Assembly: GCA_002787155.1 (NCBI GenBank)
Contig: PCVY01000022.1
Coordinates: forward strand, 29,336 to 92,618
Length of the DNA stretch: 63,283 bases
Direction: 5' to 3'
DNA from: Candidatus Abzuiibacterium crystallinum
Lineage (GTDB): Bacteria; Omnitrophota; Omnitrophia; Omnitrophales; Abzuiibacteriaceae
Below, in pieces: positions 26,474 to 35,784 of this stretch. The first letter of the stretch is position 1. Each line of letters begins with the position of its first letter. Below the pieces are notes generated by a model, which ran no database searches, had not been told where the DNA came from, and saw nothing but the letters and a program-made list of their open reading frames with translations. Both the position numbers and the translations under genes were made by a program.

Positions 26474-26788
26474 TTAGCTCCGTGATCTTTGTTACTTATG
26501 TTCATGTCTTATGCCAAGTTTCTGTATTTCATAAGAAAAAACAATTATTTTTTCAATCACCTAATTTGTCCGGGGTAAAATGATCTGTTTTCCATTTTCC
26601 CCTTTCAAAAATAGACTTGTGGGATTTGTGGTCTATCAAAACTGGGTGAAATAGCGCAATGGATCTAACCAACTGCTCCAACTCACCTAACCCGTTTTCT
26701 CATCATTTTTTTAAGAAACCGCTTTGACCGTCATAAAAACAGCCAAAGTTTTGTGCGCTGTTGAATCAGTGCGCAAAAGATAAGCCTG

Positions 26789-26953
26789 TCAATGTTTCTT
26801 TGATATCAGAACACCGATATAAAACACAGTGATGGAACCAATAAAAATAGACAAACTGGCTGGTTCATTGTGATCAAATTGAGCATACCAAATGGCTGAC
26901 GGCAGCACCAAGAGACCGATGAGTTGAAGTGTGCGCCCAACCAAATAAAGCAT
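26789..26953 (-). CDS. Small (54 aa) two-helix membrane protein, hypothetical
   Basis: Hand-translated: MLYLVGRTLQLIGLLVLPSAIWYAQFDHNEPASLSIFIGSITVFYIGVLISKKH. Its ATG (26951-26953) directly abuts the TAG of the upstream ORF. It is below the track cutoff. Confidence 0.4.
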   Translation of the reverse strand: MLYLVGRTLQLIGLLVLPSAIWYAQFDHNEPASLSIFIGSITVFYIGVLISKKH

Positions 26954-27235
26954 CTATGACGAACGCCGCGATTTCTTGTGGTGGAGGTAGAGAATCAGGA
27001 TAAAACTCCCCACTAGAATAGCCGGAATGAACTGCATGAAAAAAATGCTGTAATTAAAGCCCAAGGAAACCCAGATCTCCCCCGCTTTTTCAACAGCCTC
27101 GGCGCATAGCGGACAAGCATCTGCCGAAGGAGAGAGCGGCAAGGAGAGAGCAGAGAAAAGGAGAAATGAAACGAAACAATGTCGAAATTTTTCCGGAAAT
27201 TTAAAATTTGAGTTCAAAAAATATTTCAAAGACAT
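26954..27235 (-). CDS. Small secreted/membrane protein with a CPLC motif, hypothetical
   Basis: From ATG at 27235: MSLKYFLNS…FSALSLPLSPSADACPLCAEAVEKAGE…, then one TM helix and a basic tail. The track start at 27310 would overlap the DUF420 gene. Confidence 0.5.
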   Translation of the reverse strand: MSLKYFLNSNFKFPEKFRHCFVSFLLFSALSLPLSPSADACPLCAEAVEKAGEIWVSLGFNYSIFFMQFIPAILVGSFILILYLHHKKSRRSS

Positions 27236-27249
27236 CGTCTCTCTACTCT

Positions 27250-27666
27250 CTACTGCCATTGATATAACATCCAGTAAATCACAACACCGGTAACTGATAC
27301 GTACAGCCAAACCGGAAAAGTAATCTTGGCGATGGCAATGTGGCGTGCAAAATCACTTTTGAGAGCCCGATAAAATGTGATAATCGCTAAAGGCGGGACC
27401 AAGGCCGCTAAAAAAGTATGCGAAATTAAAATCGTAAAATAGACGGGACGAACCCACCCTTGCCGTAAGAAATGCGTTGAGCCGTGATGAAAATGATAAG
27501 TGAGATAAGAAATCAAAAAAAGCGTTGAAAAAAGCATGGCTAAGCACATGCAAAGCGCATGGCCCGTCCACGCACCCTGACGGATCATGACGAAGCCCAA
27601 GATAATTAATAAAGCACTCGATAAATTCAAACCCGCATTGAGCGCGGGCAGCATATCATAATTCAC
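27250..27666 (-). CDS. DUF420-family membrane protein (CtaM-like haem-copper oxidase accessory factor)
   Basis: 138 aa, four TM helices. The N-terminus LPALNAGLNLSSALLIILGF and the HFHHG region are typical of DUF420, and the gene sits in a cox/SCO context. Confidence 0.75.
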   Translation of the reverse strand: MNYDMLPALNAGLNLSSALLIILGFVMIRQGAWTGHALCMCLAMLFSTLFLISYLTYHFHHGSTHFLRQGWVRPVYFTILISHTFLAALVPPLAIITFYRALKSDFARHIAIAKITFPVWLYVSVTGVVIYWMLYQWQ

Positions 27667-27677
27667 GATCAGATTTC

Positions 27678-28271
27678 CTATGATGAAGCTGCATCCAGCT
27701 GTTTAGCCAACTTGGCTAAGTGATCTATTGTATCAGGATTAGTGCCTTCAAAATAGCCTCTGATTTGACCCGTTTGATCAACCAAGACAAAACGATTGCT
27801 ATGCAGTACGGGTTGTGCGCCTTGTTTCATTTCTTCCGGCGTTGCTTGCCCGACTCCCAAATGAAAATTGCTGCTCGCGATCTCCCAAATGGTTTGACGT
27901 TCACCCGTTAAAAACACCCAATGATCCCCCGCTTCATATTTGGCGGCATAATCTTGCAAAATAGCCGGTGTATCATGGTCAGGATCAACGCTGAAAGAAA
28001 CCAATTTGACCGGCTCACTTTCTAAATGTCTTTGAAGACGTGCCATTTGAGCGCTCATGATGGGACAAACGCCTAAACACCTCGTAAAAATGAAATCTGC
28101 GATCCACACATGCCCTTTCAACGTATGGGATGAAAAAGAATTTCCGTTTTGATCCGTTAATTGAAAGTCGGGCGCCGGGCCTAATGCCGGCAAGGATTCG
28201 TTTTGAGCCCTGAGTGTTTGCGTACTCAATAAAAAAAGGAAGAAGCATAATCCAACGAAACGAGTTAACAT
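27678..28271 (-). CDS. SCO1/SenC-family copper chaperone
   Basis: Signal/anchor, thioredoxin-like fold with CLGVCP (CxxxCP), SVDPDHDTP, and a downstream conserved His (VLHSNRFVLVD). Confidence 0.9.
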   Translation of the reverse strand: MLTRFVGLCFFLFLLSTQTLRAQNESLPALGPAPDFQLTDQNGNSFSSHTLKGHVWIADFIFTRCLGVCPIMSAQMARLQRHLESEPVKLVSFSVDPDHDTPAILQDYAAKYEAGDHWVFLTGERQTIWEIASSNFHLGVGQATPEEMKQGAQPVLHSNRFVLVDQTGQIRGYFEGTNPDTIDHLAKLAKQLDAASS

Positions 28272-28280
28272 AAAAGAGGC

Positions 28281-29186
28281 CTAATGGATGATGGATTCTA
28301 ACGCTTGGCGGATATCGGGATAGCGGAAAGAAAAACCGATTTCTTTAGCGCGCTGCGGTACAATCCGTTGACTGCCGAGCAATAAGTTTTCTGCCATTTC
28401 TCCCAATAAGAATTTTAATAAAACCGCCGGAACAGGCAGTAAGCAAGGGCGTTTGAGAACCTGCGCTAACACGAGTGAGAAAGCTTTGTTAGTGACCGGC
28501 TGCGGCGCAACAGCGTTGATAACGCCCGAAGCTTCATGGTGTTCTAAACAAAATAAAATCAATCTCACCACATCTTCAATGTGAATCCAACTCATCCATT
28601 GATTACCGTCTCCCAGCCAGCCTCCGATCATCAATCGAAAAGGCAGCGCCATCCGTTGAAAAGCGCCTCCGTCTTTGCCTAAAATGACACCAAGGCGCAA
28701 ACGAACCACCCGCACACCAAAACCTTCGGCACGCATCGCATGCCCTTCCCAGGACCGGCACACTTCCGATAAGAAACCTTCTCCGCCGCGCGACGCTTCC
28801 GTGATTTCTTCGCTGCCCCGAAAACCATAAAAACCGACCGCAGAAGCATTAATTAAAACCTTGGGACGAATGGGTGCTTTTTCAACGGCTGAAACGATTG
28901 CTTGCGTGACTTTGATGCGGCTATTTTGTATTAAATCTTTTTGACTGGCTGACCAACGTTTGTTGGCAATGGACTCTCCCGCCAAATTAATAACAGCATC
29001 ACAGCCATTAAGAACGTCGAGCTCGGCAGAAGATTCAAAAGGATTCCATTTGACATAACGAAGATTGTTTGCCCGGGATGAACGACCCTGACGTGTTAGA
29101 ACGATCAGTTGATGGTTTTGATTGAGCAGAGATTGAACCACTTTTTTCCCGACGAAACCCGTACCGCCTGCAATCAAAATTTTCAC
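28281..29186 (-). CDS. NAD-binding epimerase-family SDR (TIGR01777/DUF1731-type)
   Basis: (GTG)KILIAGGTGFVGKKV Rossmann motif. Length and C-terminal region fit the SDR39U1-like family. Confidence 0.75.
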   Translation of the reverse strand: MKILIAGGTGFVGKKVVQSLLNQNHQLIVLTRQGRSSRANNLRYVKWNPFESSAELDVLNGCDAVINLAGESIANKRWSASQKDLIQNSRIKVTQAIVSAVEKAPIRPKVLINASAVGFYGFRGSEEITEASRGGEGFLSEVCRSWEGHAMRAEGFGVRVVRLRLGVILGKDGGAFQRMALPFRLMIGGWLGDGNQWMSWIHIEDVVRLILFCLEHHEASGVINAVAPQPVTNKAFSLVLAQVLKRPCLLPVPAVLLKFLLGEMAENLLLGSQRIVPQRAKEIGFSFRYPDIRQALESIIH

Positions 29187-29189
29187 GGT

Positions 29190-29483
29190 TCACCCCATGG
29201 GGGTTGGCGCTTGATCAAGAAGGGTCATGACCGTTAAGATAACGGCCAACACCAGCGGAAAAATAACGATCAAGTAGATCAGGAATTTCTCAAACTTAAG
29301 ATGCATGTAAAATAAGGCGACCAAAGAGGCTTTGATAACCGCCAACACGATCAATAAGACCACCACGATGACTTTTGCGAACGGCATATTGGCAGCCGCA
29401 ATTTCAAGAATCGTGAGGATGAACAAACTCCAGAAAACACCGGCATAATTAGGCTGTGGATGTGCAGTTTCTGCCTCGTTCAT
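29190..29483 (-). CDS. ctaF: Cytochrome c oxidase subunit IV (prokaryotic COX4 family)
   Basis: From ATG at 29483: three TM helices with the characteristic ALFYMHLKFE segment. The track start at 29564 overlaps CoxIII. Confidence 0.75.
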   Translation of the reverse strand: MNEAETAHPQPNYAGVFWSLFILTILEIAAANMPFAKVIVVVLLIVLAVIKASLVALFYMHLKFEKFLIYLIVIFPLVLAVILTVMTLLDQAPTPMG

Positions 29484-29491
29484 ATGTCCCC

Positions 29492-30073
29492 TTAAATTAA
29501 ATAAACAATCGTAAAAAGTATAATCCAAACTAAATCGACAAAATGCCAGTACAAACCAACGCACTCAACGCCCATCGAGTCTTCCGGTGTATATTTACCT
29601 TGCATACTGCGGATAAAAACAACGATGAGCCAAATGACGCCGACCAAAACGTGAGCCCCGTGAAAACCAGTGAGTGTAAAAAAACATGACCCGTACATGC
29701 TGGATGAAATCGTTAATCCTTCATGGATGAGAATGCTGTACTCTTTCATCTGAATCAACAAAAACAAAGATCCTAACAAGATAGTCAGAAATAAGCCCAC
29801 TTGCAAGCCTTCCCGATAACCCCTCTGTCCTGCCGCTAACCCCAACACCAGCGTGGCGCTGCTGCAAATGAGAAGAAACGTATTAAATCCGGTTAACGGA
29901 ATGTTGAGAACAGCGCCCGGATGAGGCCATTCCTGAAGATGAGCAAATCTGAGCACGATATAGGCGCCGATTAAACCCGTGAAAAACATAATTTCAGACG
30001 CCAAAAAAAGCCAAACGCCTAATTTGCGGCTATCAACACCCATTTGTCCGATATGCGACTCAACCTGTTCCAT
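29492..30073 (-). CDS. ctaE: Cytochrome c oxidase subunit III
   Basis: LFLASEIMFFTGLIGAYIVLR…, FTLTGFHGAHVLVG, GLYWHFVDLVWI. ATG at 30073 with AAGGTG upstream is preferred over the TTG at 30094. Confidence 0.9.
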   Translation of the reverse strand: MEQVESHIGQMGVDSRKLGVWLFLASEIMFFTGLIGAYIVLRFAHLQEWPHPGAVLNIPLTGFNTFLLICSSATLVLGLAAGQRGYREGLQVGLFLTILLGSLFLLIQMKEYSILIHEGLTISSSMYGSCFFTLTGFHGAHVLVGVIWLIVVFIRSMQGKYTPEDSMGVECVGLYWHFVDLVWIILFTIVYLI

Positions 30074-30080
30074 ATTCACC

Positions 30081-30977
30081 TTACCATTTATCAATAACCA
30101 TTAACATCAAAAGCAACGTCAAGTAAACAACCGAACCCCTTAAAACAAACCGTGCCCGCTGATTTAGATCGCGCACGGCTTTCATAATCACCCATGAGAA
30201 AGTAATTCCCAACAAGAAACTGCCTACAAAATAAAGCTCTTTTGCCATGCCAAAAATAGTCGGCAGTAAGCTGACGCAAAAAAGAGCGCTCATATTGACA
30301 ATCATCTGCCTGGCGACCATTTGGCCGTTTGAGTCGATGACGGATAACGTTTTGAAATCCACGCGCTTATAATCATCCCGGTACATCCAATCGATGGCTA
30401 AAAAATGAGGCACTTGCCAGAAAAAAAGGATGGCAAATAAAATAGCTGCTTGAACCGGGTTTGTCCCCTGAGCCGCCGCCCATCCAATCAAAGGCGGCAG
30501 GGCGCCGGAAACGGCTCCGGGGAAAGTGGCAAGCGACGTTACTTTTTTGAGGGGCGTATAACATCCTAAATAAATAAACCAAGTGGCAAAAGCAAATAAA
30601 GCACTTAACGCATTTACCCAAATACTTAAAATGCTGAATCCCAAAATCGAAATCGCCGCGCCAAATGCCAGTGCTTGAGCAGGCGTTATTTGACCGGCAG
30701 GAATGGGACGGTTCTGGGTCCGTATCATTTTCGCGTCCGAACGCCACTCCATCCATTCATTAAGCGCCATCGCACCGGCACCGACACAGGTTGTTCCTGT
30801 CATCAAAAACGCAAAAATGCCAAAAGCATTGACGGGAGAAGCAAAAACACAAAACCCAACCGCGGCACTGATTAACACCATCGAAAGCAGCCTGGGCTTG
30901 GTTAACTGCCAATAAAATTCCCAATGAGGGGTGAGGGTTTCACTTTTTACTGTTGCTGCTACAGCTTCTAACTTCAT
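30081..30977 (-). CDS. ctaB: Protohaem IX farnesyltransferase (haem O synthase)
   Basis: UbiA-type prenyltransferase with NEWMEWRSDAKMIRTQNRP. The ATGA overlap with the ctaA stop indicates translational coupling. Confidence 0.9.
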   Translation of the reverse strand: MKLEAVAATVKSETLTPHWEFYWQLTKPRLLSMVLISAAVGFCVFASPVNAFGIFAFLMTGTTCVGAGAMALNEWMEWRSDAKMIRTQNRPIPAGQITPAQALAFGAAISILGFSILSIWVNALSALFAFATWFIYLGCYTPLKKVTSLATFPGAVSGALPPLIGWAAAQGTNPVQAAILFAILFFWQVPHFLAIDWMYRDDYKRVDFKTLSVIDSNGQMVARQMIVNMSALFCVSLLPTIFGMAKELYFVGSFLLGITFSWVIMKAVRDLNQRARFVLRGSVVYLTLLLMLMVIDKW

Positions 30978-31885
30978 GGTGCACCTGAGGGGCGCAGCAG
31001 GCCCGTTGCTATTTTTTCATGACCCGCGTGAGGATCCAATCGAAAAACCCTGGCAGTTAAGAAAACGCAGGCCGCTAGAATTAAGGCGCCGAGCGATTGA
31101 TGTCCGGTGACAAAGAAAACCTGGCTGAGGCTTGCTGGTAAATCTGATTTCGGAAAAACAACGGTATAAACAAACGATCCCATTCCCAATAATAATTGGG
31201 CAATCACTAAAGCAAATAAGAAAATGGCCGGTTTGGTCAACCGACTTTCAGCGGAATGGTGCCGCAATACATGAACCAGAATCGCAATCGCTAAGACCAA
31301 TACGATCAATGCCCCGATGAGATGCGGAATAAGCAGCAAATGATTATGGGTATGGCGAATGGCGGCCCCCAAAACCAATTGGGCATATACAAAACCAAAG
31401 GCGATCAAAAGAAATTGCTTCAACGCCGTCACACCTGTGCGAATCATCTCTTTAGACTGCCATTCTTTCGATTGCCCATAAGCTAAAACCACCAACCAAG
31501 CAAAAAATGTTTGTGCCAAGCAGCCATGAAAAATTGAGAGGGGCGCCGGTAACAAAAAAAGGACCGTCATACCGCCTAAAATGCCCTGAAATACCACCAT
31601 GCCAAGCGCACCGATACTCATCCAGCGCATCCAGCGCCGCTTCTCCCGCCAACCAATCCAAAATGTCAACAAGAGCGTCATAAATCCGATCAAAGAAGCA
31701 ATCAACCGGTGCGAATGCTCGAAACGGATACCGCCTACCATCGGCGGCATCAGCTGACCGTACGAAAGCGGCCAATCAGGCACCGCTAAACCGGAACCGG
31801 TACTGGTAACCAAACCGCCTGCAATGACCAAACCAAAAGTGAGTCCCGTTAAAATTTTAGTATATCTTCTCAGCCAAATATTCAT
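30974..31885 (-). CDS. ctaA: Haem A synthase (COX15/CtaA)
   Basis: Eight-TM protein with paired His motifs (FEHSHRLIAS, IRHTHNHLLLIPHLIG). Located between ctaD and ctaB. Confidence 0.85.
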   Translation of the reverse strand: MNIWLRRYTKILTGLTFGLVIAGGLVTSTGSGLAVPDWPLSYGQLMPPMVGGIRFEHSHRLIASLIGFMTLLLTFWIGWREKRRWMRWMSIGALGMVVFQGILGGMTVLFLLPAPLSIFHGCLAQTFFAWLVVLAYGQSKEWQSKEMIRTGVTALKQFLLIAFGFVYAQLVLGAAIRHTHNHLLLIPHLIGALIVLVLAIAILVHVLRHHSAESRLTKPAIFLFALVIAQLLLGMGSFVYTVVFPKSDLPASLSQVFFVTGHQSLGALILAACVFLTARVFRLDPHAGHEKIATGLLRPSGAP

Positions 31886-31888
31886 GAC

Positions 31889-33571
31889 TTATGCCGCTTC
31901 GCTTTGGGGATGAAAATCGCTTGAGCGTCCCGGTTCGCTGTATTCATAAGGCCCGCGATAAACCGTTGGGGTCGTTTCAAAGTTCCCATGCCCGGGCGGT
32001 GAAGGTGCCTGCCATTCCAGGGTGTTTGATTCCCAAGGATTTTTGCCCACTTTTTCACCCCATTTTAAGCTTTTGACAAAATTAACCAATAAAATTAATT
32101 GTGACACACCCAGCACAAAAGCGCTTAAGGTAATGAAAACATTGATGGGCTGCAAGTGCTGCAAATGCGTGTATTGCATGGGATCATAAATACGGCGCAT
32201 GTGCCCGCCGATTCCTAAAATGTGCATCGGGAAGAAGGTGCAATTAAAAGCGATGAAGGTGAGCGCAAAATGAATTTTACCCAACGGTTCATTTAATTTT
32301 CGGCCAAACATTTTAGGAAACCAATAATAAACGCCGGCAAAAGCAGCAAACATACTGCCGCCAAATAAAACATAGTGAATATGTCCCACGATAAAATAAG
32401 TATCGTGAAAATACATATCCACCGCGGTGGAAGCCATAAAAATACCGCTCAAACCTCCGATTACAAACATGGAAACAAATGCAATCGCATTCAACATAGC
32501 TGAAGTAAATCGTAAAGTACCCCGCCACATGGTACCGAGCCAATTAAATGTTTTGATAGCCGACGGTACGGCGATTAACATGGTGGATAACATGAAAGTG
32601 GTCCCTACGGTAGGATTCATCCCGCTTTGAAACATGTGATGACCCCAGACAATGAAACCTAAAAAGGCAATGCCCATGATGGCATAGACCATGGCATGAT
32701 AACCAAAAATAGGTTTGCGGGAAAATGTGGAAATGACGTCTGAGACAATCCCCATCCCTGGTAAAATCATAATGTAAACAGCCGGATGTGAATAAAACCA
32801 AAACAAGTGCTGCCACAAAAGTACGTGTCCGCCCCCTTCTGATAGAAAGAAATGCGTCCCCATGGTTCGATCAAACAAAAGCATAATCATGGCTGACGTC
32901 AAAACAGGTGTGGCAAGAAGCGTGATGACAGACGTAATAAAAATAGCCCAAACCGTCATGGGCATTCTAAATAAACCCATGCCGGGTGCGCGCATATTGA
33001 GAATGGTGGTTAAATAGTTGATTGCACCCATGAGAGATGATGCCCCAACCATAATCACAGCCACCACCCAAAGCGTTTGCCCCGTTCCTTCTATAGCACT
33101 TAAGGGCGGATAAGCCGTCCAGCCGGTTGCGGCTGCGCCGCTCTGAACAAAGAATCCTGAGAGCGCCACAATGGCAGATGGCCAGAAAAACCAATAAGAA
33201 AGCATGTTGAGCCTCGGAAAAGCCATGTCAGGCGCACCGATTTGAAGCGGTACCACAAAGTTGCCAAACGCTCCCACCAACAAAGGAATGATGGCAAAGA
33301 AAATCATCACAGAAGCATGCATGGTAAAAAGCGCATTGTAAAACTCGGGTAACATGATGCCGCCGACCATCATGCTTTCAGGAAATACTTGTCCCAGTAC
33401 CGGCATGGGTTTCCCCGGATAGGCTAATTGCCATCTGAGAAGCAGTGCTAAGGCGCCGCCGACCAAAAAGAAAAATAAAGTCGTAAACAAAAATTGAATC
33501 CCGATGGTTTTGTGATCGACAGAGAAAATATATTTCCTCAAAAAACTTTGTTTTTGATGTGATTCACTCAT
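31889..33571 (-). CDS. ctaD: Cytochrome c oxidase subunit I, A2-type (YS motif)
   Basis: Canonical HCO subunit I blocks (WFYSHPAVYIMILPGMG, HHMF, GGLSGIFMAS…HDTYFIVGHIHYV). YSHPAVY replaces the GHPEVY glutamate. ATG at 33571 overlaps the CoxII stop (ATGA). Confidence 0.95.
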   Translation of the reverse strand: MSESHQKQSFLRKYIFSVDHKTIGIQFLFTTLFFFLVGGALALLLRWQLAYPGKPMPVLGQVFPESMMVGGIMLPEFYNALFTMHASVMIFFAIIPLLVGAFGNFVVPLQIGAPDMAFPRLNMLSYWFFWPSAIVALSGFFVQSGAAATGWTAYPPLSAIEGTGQTLWVVAVIMVGASSLMGAINYLTTILNMRAPGMGLFRMPMTVWAIFITSVITLLATPVLTSAMIMLLFDRTMGTHFFLSEGGGHVLLWQHLFWFYSHPAVYIMILPGMGIVSDVISTFSRKPIFGYHAMVYAIMGIAFLGFIVWGHHMFQSGMNPTVGTTFMLSTMLIAVPSAIKTFNWLGTMWRGTLRFTSAMLNAIAFVSMFVIGGLSGIFMASTAVDMYFHDTYFIVGHIHYVLFGGSMFAAFAGVYYWFPKMFGRKLNEPLGKIHFALTFIAFNCTFFPMHILGIGGHMRRIYDPMQYTHLQHLQPINVFITLSAFVLGVSQLILLVNFVKSLKWGEKVGKNPWESNTLEWQAPSPPGHGNFETTPTVYRGPYEYSEPGRSSDFHPQSEAA

Positions 33572-35052
33572 CCGATTCCTCCCTGCGCCGCTTCGCGGAG
33601 CCATGCGTCAAATCCTTCTTGCGAATGAATGGAAAGAAAACCACGCATTCGGTAATGTCCTAATCCGCAAAATTCGGCACAAGCAATTTCATATTGGCCT
33701 GTCCGTGTCGCTTCAAACCAAACGTCAATGGCCATTCCGGGTACCACATCTTGTTTTAATCTTACTTCCGGCAAAAAGAAACTGTGGATGACAGGATGTT
33801 TATTATCTTTTGCGATAGAGGTGAGACGAACACGAACCGGCTTACCGACCGGGATGTGTAATTGATTAATGGTTTTGATGTCATCAGAAGTTCCAAATTT
33901 TCCGTCTTTTCCGGTATAACGTACGTTCCACGCAAATTGTTCTGCTTGAATTTCAATCGGAATAGCGCCTGCCGGCGGTTGACCTTTGATTTCAGACCAT
34001 AACTTTTGACTCGCTATGGTGAGAAAAACTAAAATCAGCGCCGGGATAACGGTCCATATAATTTCAAGCCGATTATTGCCGTGCGTGTAAGCTGCCTTAG
34101 CACCGGGACGATCTCGATATTTAAATAAAAAAATCAAGAGCGCTACTTGGACAGCTATAAAAACGATGCTGGTAATCCACAGAATCACGTAAAATAAGCG
34201 GTCTAGTTTACCGCCGTAAGTTGAAATGTTTTCTGGTAACCACCAGCCTGTTTTAGCGCGGGGTTTATTTAAAGCGGCGGAATCATCAAAACGGTTAATG
34301 GGTTTAGGCGCTTCCGCGGTAATCTTAAGACCGCTTGCTTCATCCACAATTTCACTAGAACTAAACTGAAAGTCCGCGTTTACAGAACCGCCGGGGACGG
34401 CGATCTTTTGCGTTTGAGTGCCATACACTTCATGCCAAGCCTCAATCGTATATTCGCCGGGCGGTAAATCTTTGATTTCAAAAGAACCGTCATCACCCGT
34501 CACAGCATAAAATGGATGAGAAACCACGCCAATATAACCATTCATCCAAGGATGCACGTCACATTTCATTTTGATCATGATTTCCGGATTGGAGAATGTT
34601 TTTTCAAGTTTCATTCCCTGAAGCGGCATGCCTAAATTAAATTCGGCATTATTTTTTGCCACCGCATGGACATTGTGAAGGGTGGCATCGCTATTAAGGA
34701 TTTGCAGTTTTTGTCCCGCTTGCATGCCCTGCACATGCGGATAGTACCAACAACCCTCTTGATCTAAAACAGCAGGCGTTTGAGGAGCGGGAAAAGCTTG
34801 ACCGCCCAATCCCTCTTTCACATACACAAAAACATTTTTTAATGTTTGGTTTGAATTGACCACGACACGTTCGTTCAGGAAATCCGTCTTATGCATCCCG
34901 CTGCAAACCGGATCAGCCGCCATATCAATTTTCTGATTCGGAGGCGCTTCGCCGCTAAACAAAGCTTTGCCCGTTACCGTTCCTGCTTGAACGAAAGCAG
35001 GAAACAGATACAGACAAACCAAACCTGCGGTAATGACTTTTCTTAAATTCAT
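33568..35052 (-). CDS. ctaC: Cytochrome c oxidase subunit II with an N-terminal cupredoxin (type-1 Cu) module fused in front
   Basis: The C-terminal half has two TM helices plus the CuA site CAEFCGLGHYRM. The N-terminal ~235 residues are a paralogue of the neighbouring free cupredoxin, with LHNVH…CDVHPWM. Confidence 0.9.
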   Translation of the reverse strand: MNLRKVITAGLVCLYLFPAFVQAGTVTGKALFSGEAPPNQKIDMAADPVCSGMHKTDFLNERVVVNSNQTLKNVFVYVKEGLGGQAFPAPQTPAVLDQEGCWYYPHVQGMQAGQKLQILNSDATLHNVHAVAKNNAEFNLGMPLQGMKLEKTFSNPEIMIKMKCDVHPWMNGYIGVVSHPFYAVTGDDGSFEIKDLPPGEYTIEAWHEVYGTQTQKIAVPGGSVNADFQFSSSEIVDEASGLKITAEAPKPINRFDDSAALNKPRAKTGWWLPENISTYGGKLDRLFYVILWITSIVFIAVQVALLIFLFKYRDRPGAKAAYTHGNNRLEIIWTVIPALILVFLTIASQKLWSEIKGQPPAGAIPIEIQAEQFAWNVRYTGKDGKFGTSDDIKTINQLHIPVGKPVRVRLTSIAKDNKHPVIHSFFLPEVRLKQDVVPGMAIDVWFEATRTGQYEIACAEFCGLGHYRMRGFLSIHSQEGFDAWLREAAQGGIG

Positions 35053-35058
35053 ATATTC

Positions 35059-35748
35059 TCAGACTCCAAACTCAAAACTGACTTTGATCTGCTCTCCCTC
35101 GGCAACACTCACGGATTGTGTTTGAGTGCCATAAGTTTCGTGCCAGGCCTCAATCACGTAATCACCGGCCGGTATACTTTCAATTGAAAAATTCCCCTGA
35201 TTGTCCGTCACCGAAAAATAAGGATGCGGCAATACACCGATATAAGCGCTCATCCAAGGATGTACGTCGCATTTCATTTTGACCATAATTTCAGGCGAAT
35301 CAAACTGCTTGAATAATTTCATACCCTGGATCGGCATGCCGAGGTTGAATTGTTTGCTTTTTTCCGCCAGTGAATGAACGTTGTGAAGCGTGTTATCACT
35401 ATTCATGATCTGTATTTTTTGGCCCACTTGCGCACCGACGACATGCGGTGTGTACATGCAGCCTTTTTGATCAAACTCGATTGATTCTTTCGGTGTTTCA
35501 AACGTTTTGCCTTCCAAGCCTTCTTTCACATACACAAACACGTTCCGGAGCGTGCCGTTATCATTCACGATAACCGACTGTGAATAAACGGGCTCTGAAT
35601 GGGCTGCCGCACAAGTAGGATCGGCAGACATGGATAATGGTTCTGGAGCCGGAGCGGTTCCTTTAAATTGAACGGTGCCGCTGATACCGTTTGCATAAGC
35701 ACTCGAAGTAACGAGTAAAGCGATGAGAGATAAAATTAACTTTTTCAT
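35059..35748 (-). CDS. Secreted cupredoxin (amicyanin/plastocyanin-like type-1 Cu site) combined with a carboxypeptidase-regulatory-like beta-sandwich
   Basis: Signal peptide ending SSAYA/NG. Candidate ligands are H in LHNVH and C-x2-H-x2-M in CDVHPWM. The C-terminus GNFSIESIPAGDYVIEAWHE is beta-sandwich-like. Confidence 0.75.
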   Translation of the reverse strand: MKKLILSLIALLVTSSAYANGISGTVQFKGTAPAPEPLSMSADPTCAAAHSEPVYSQSVIVNDNGTLRNVFVYVKEGLEGKTFETPKESIEFDQKGCMYTPHVVGAQVGQKIQIMNSDNTLHNVHSLAEKSKQFNLGMPIQGMKLFKQFDSPEIMVKMKCDVHPWMSAYIGVLPHPYFSVTDNQGNFSIESIPAGDYVIEAWHETYGTQTQSVSVAEGEQIKVSFEFGV

Positions 35749-35784
35749 GTTCGTTCCTTTTTTGTTAAAGATTGATCGTTCCTA

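Noticed and set aside
26474-26788. Search for a sigma-54 or other defined promoter, or an sRNA, in the 315-bp spacer upstream of the multihaem cluster
   Set aside because: Only a TGGCAT without a matching -12 element and a weak 5-bp GCGC hairpin were seen. Nothing here can be supported from sequence alone.
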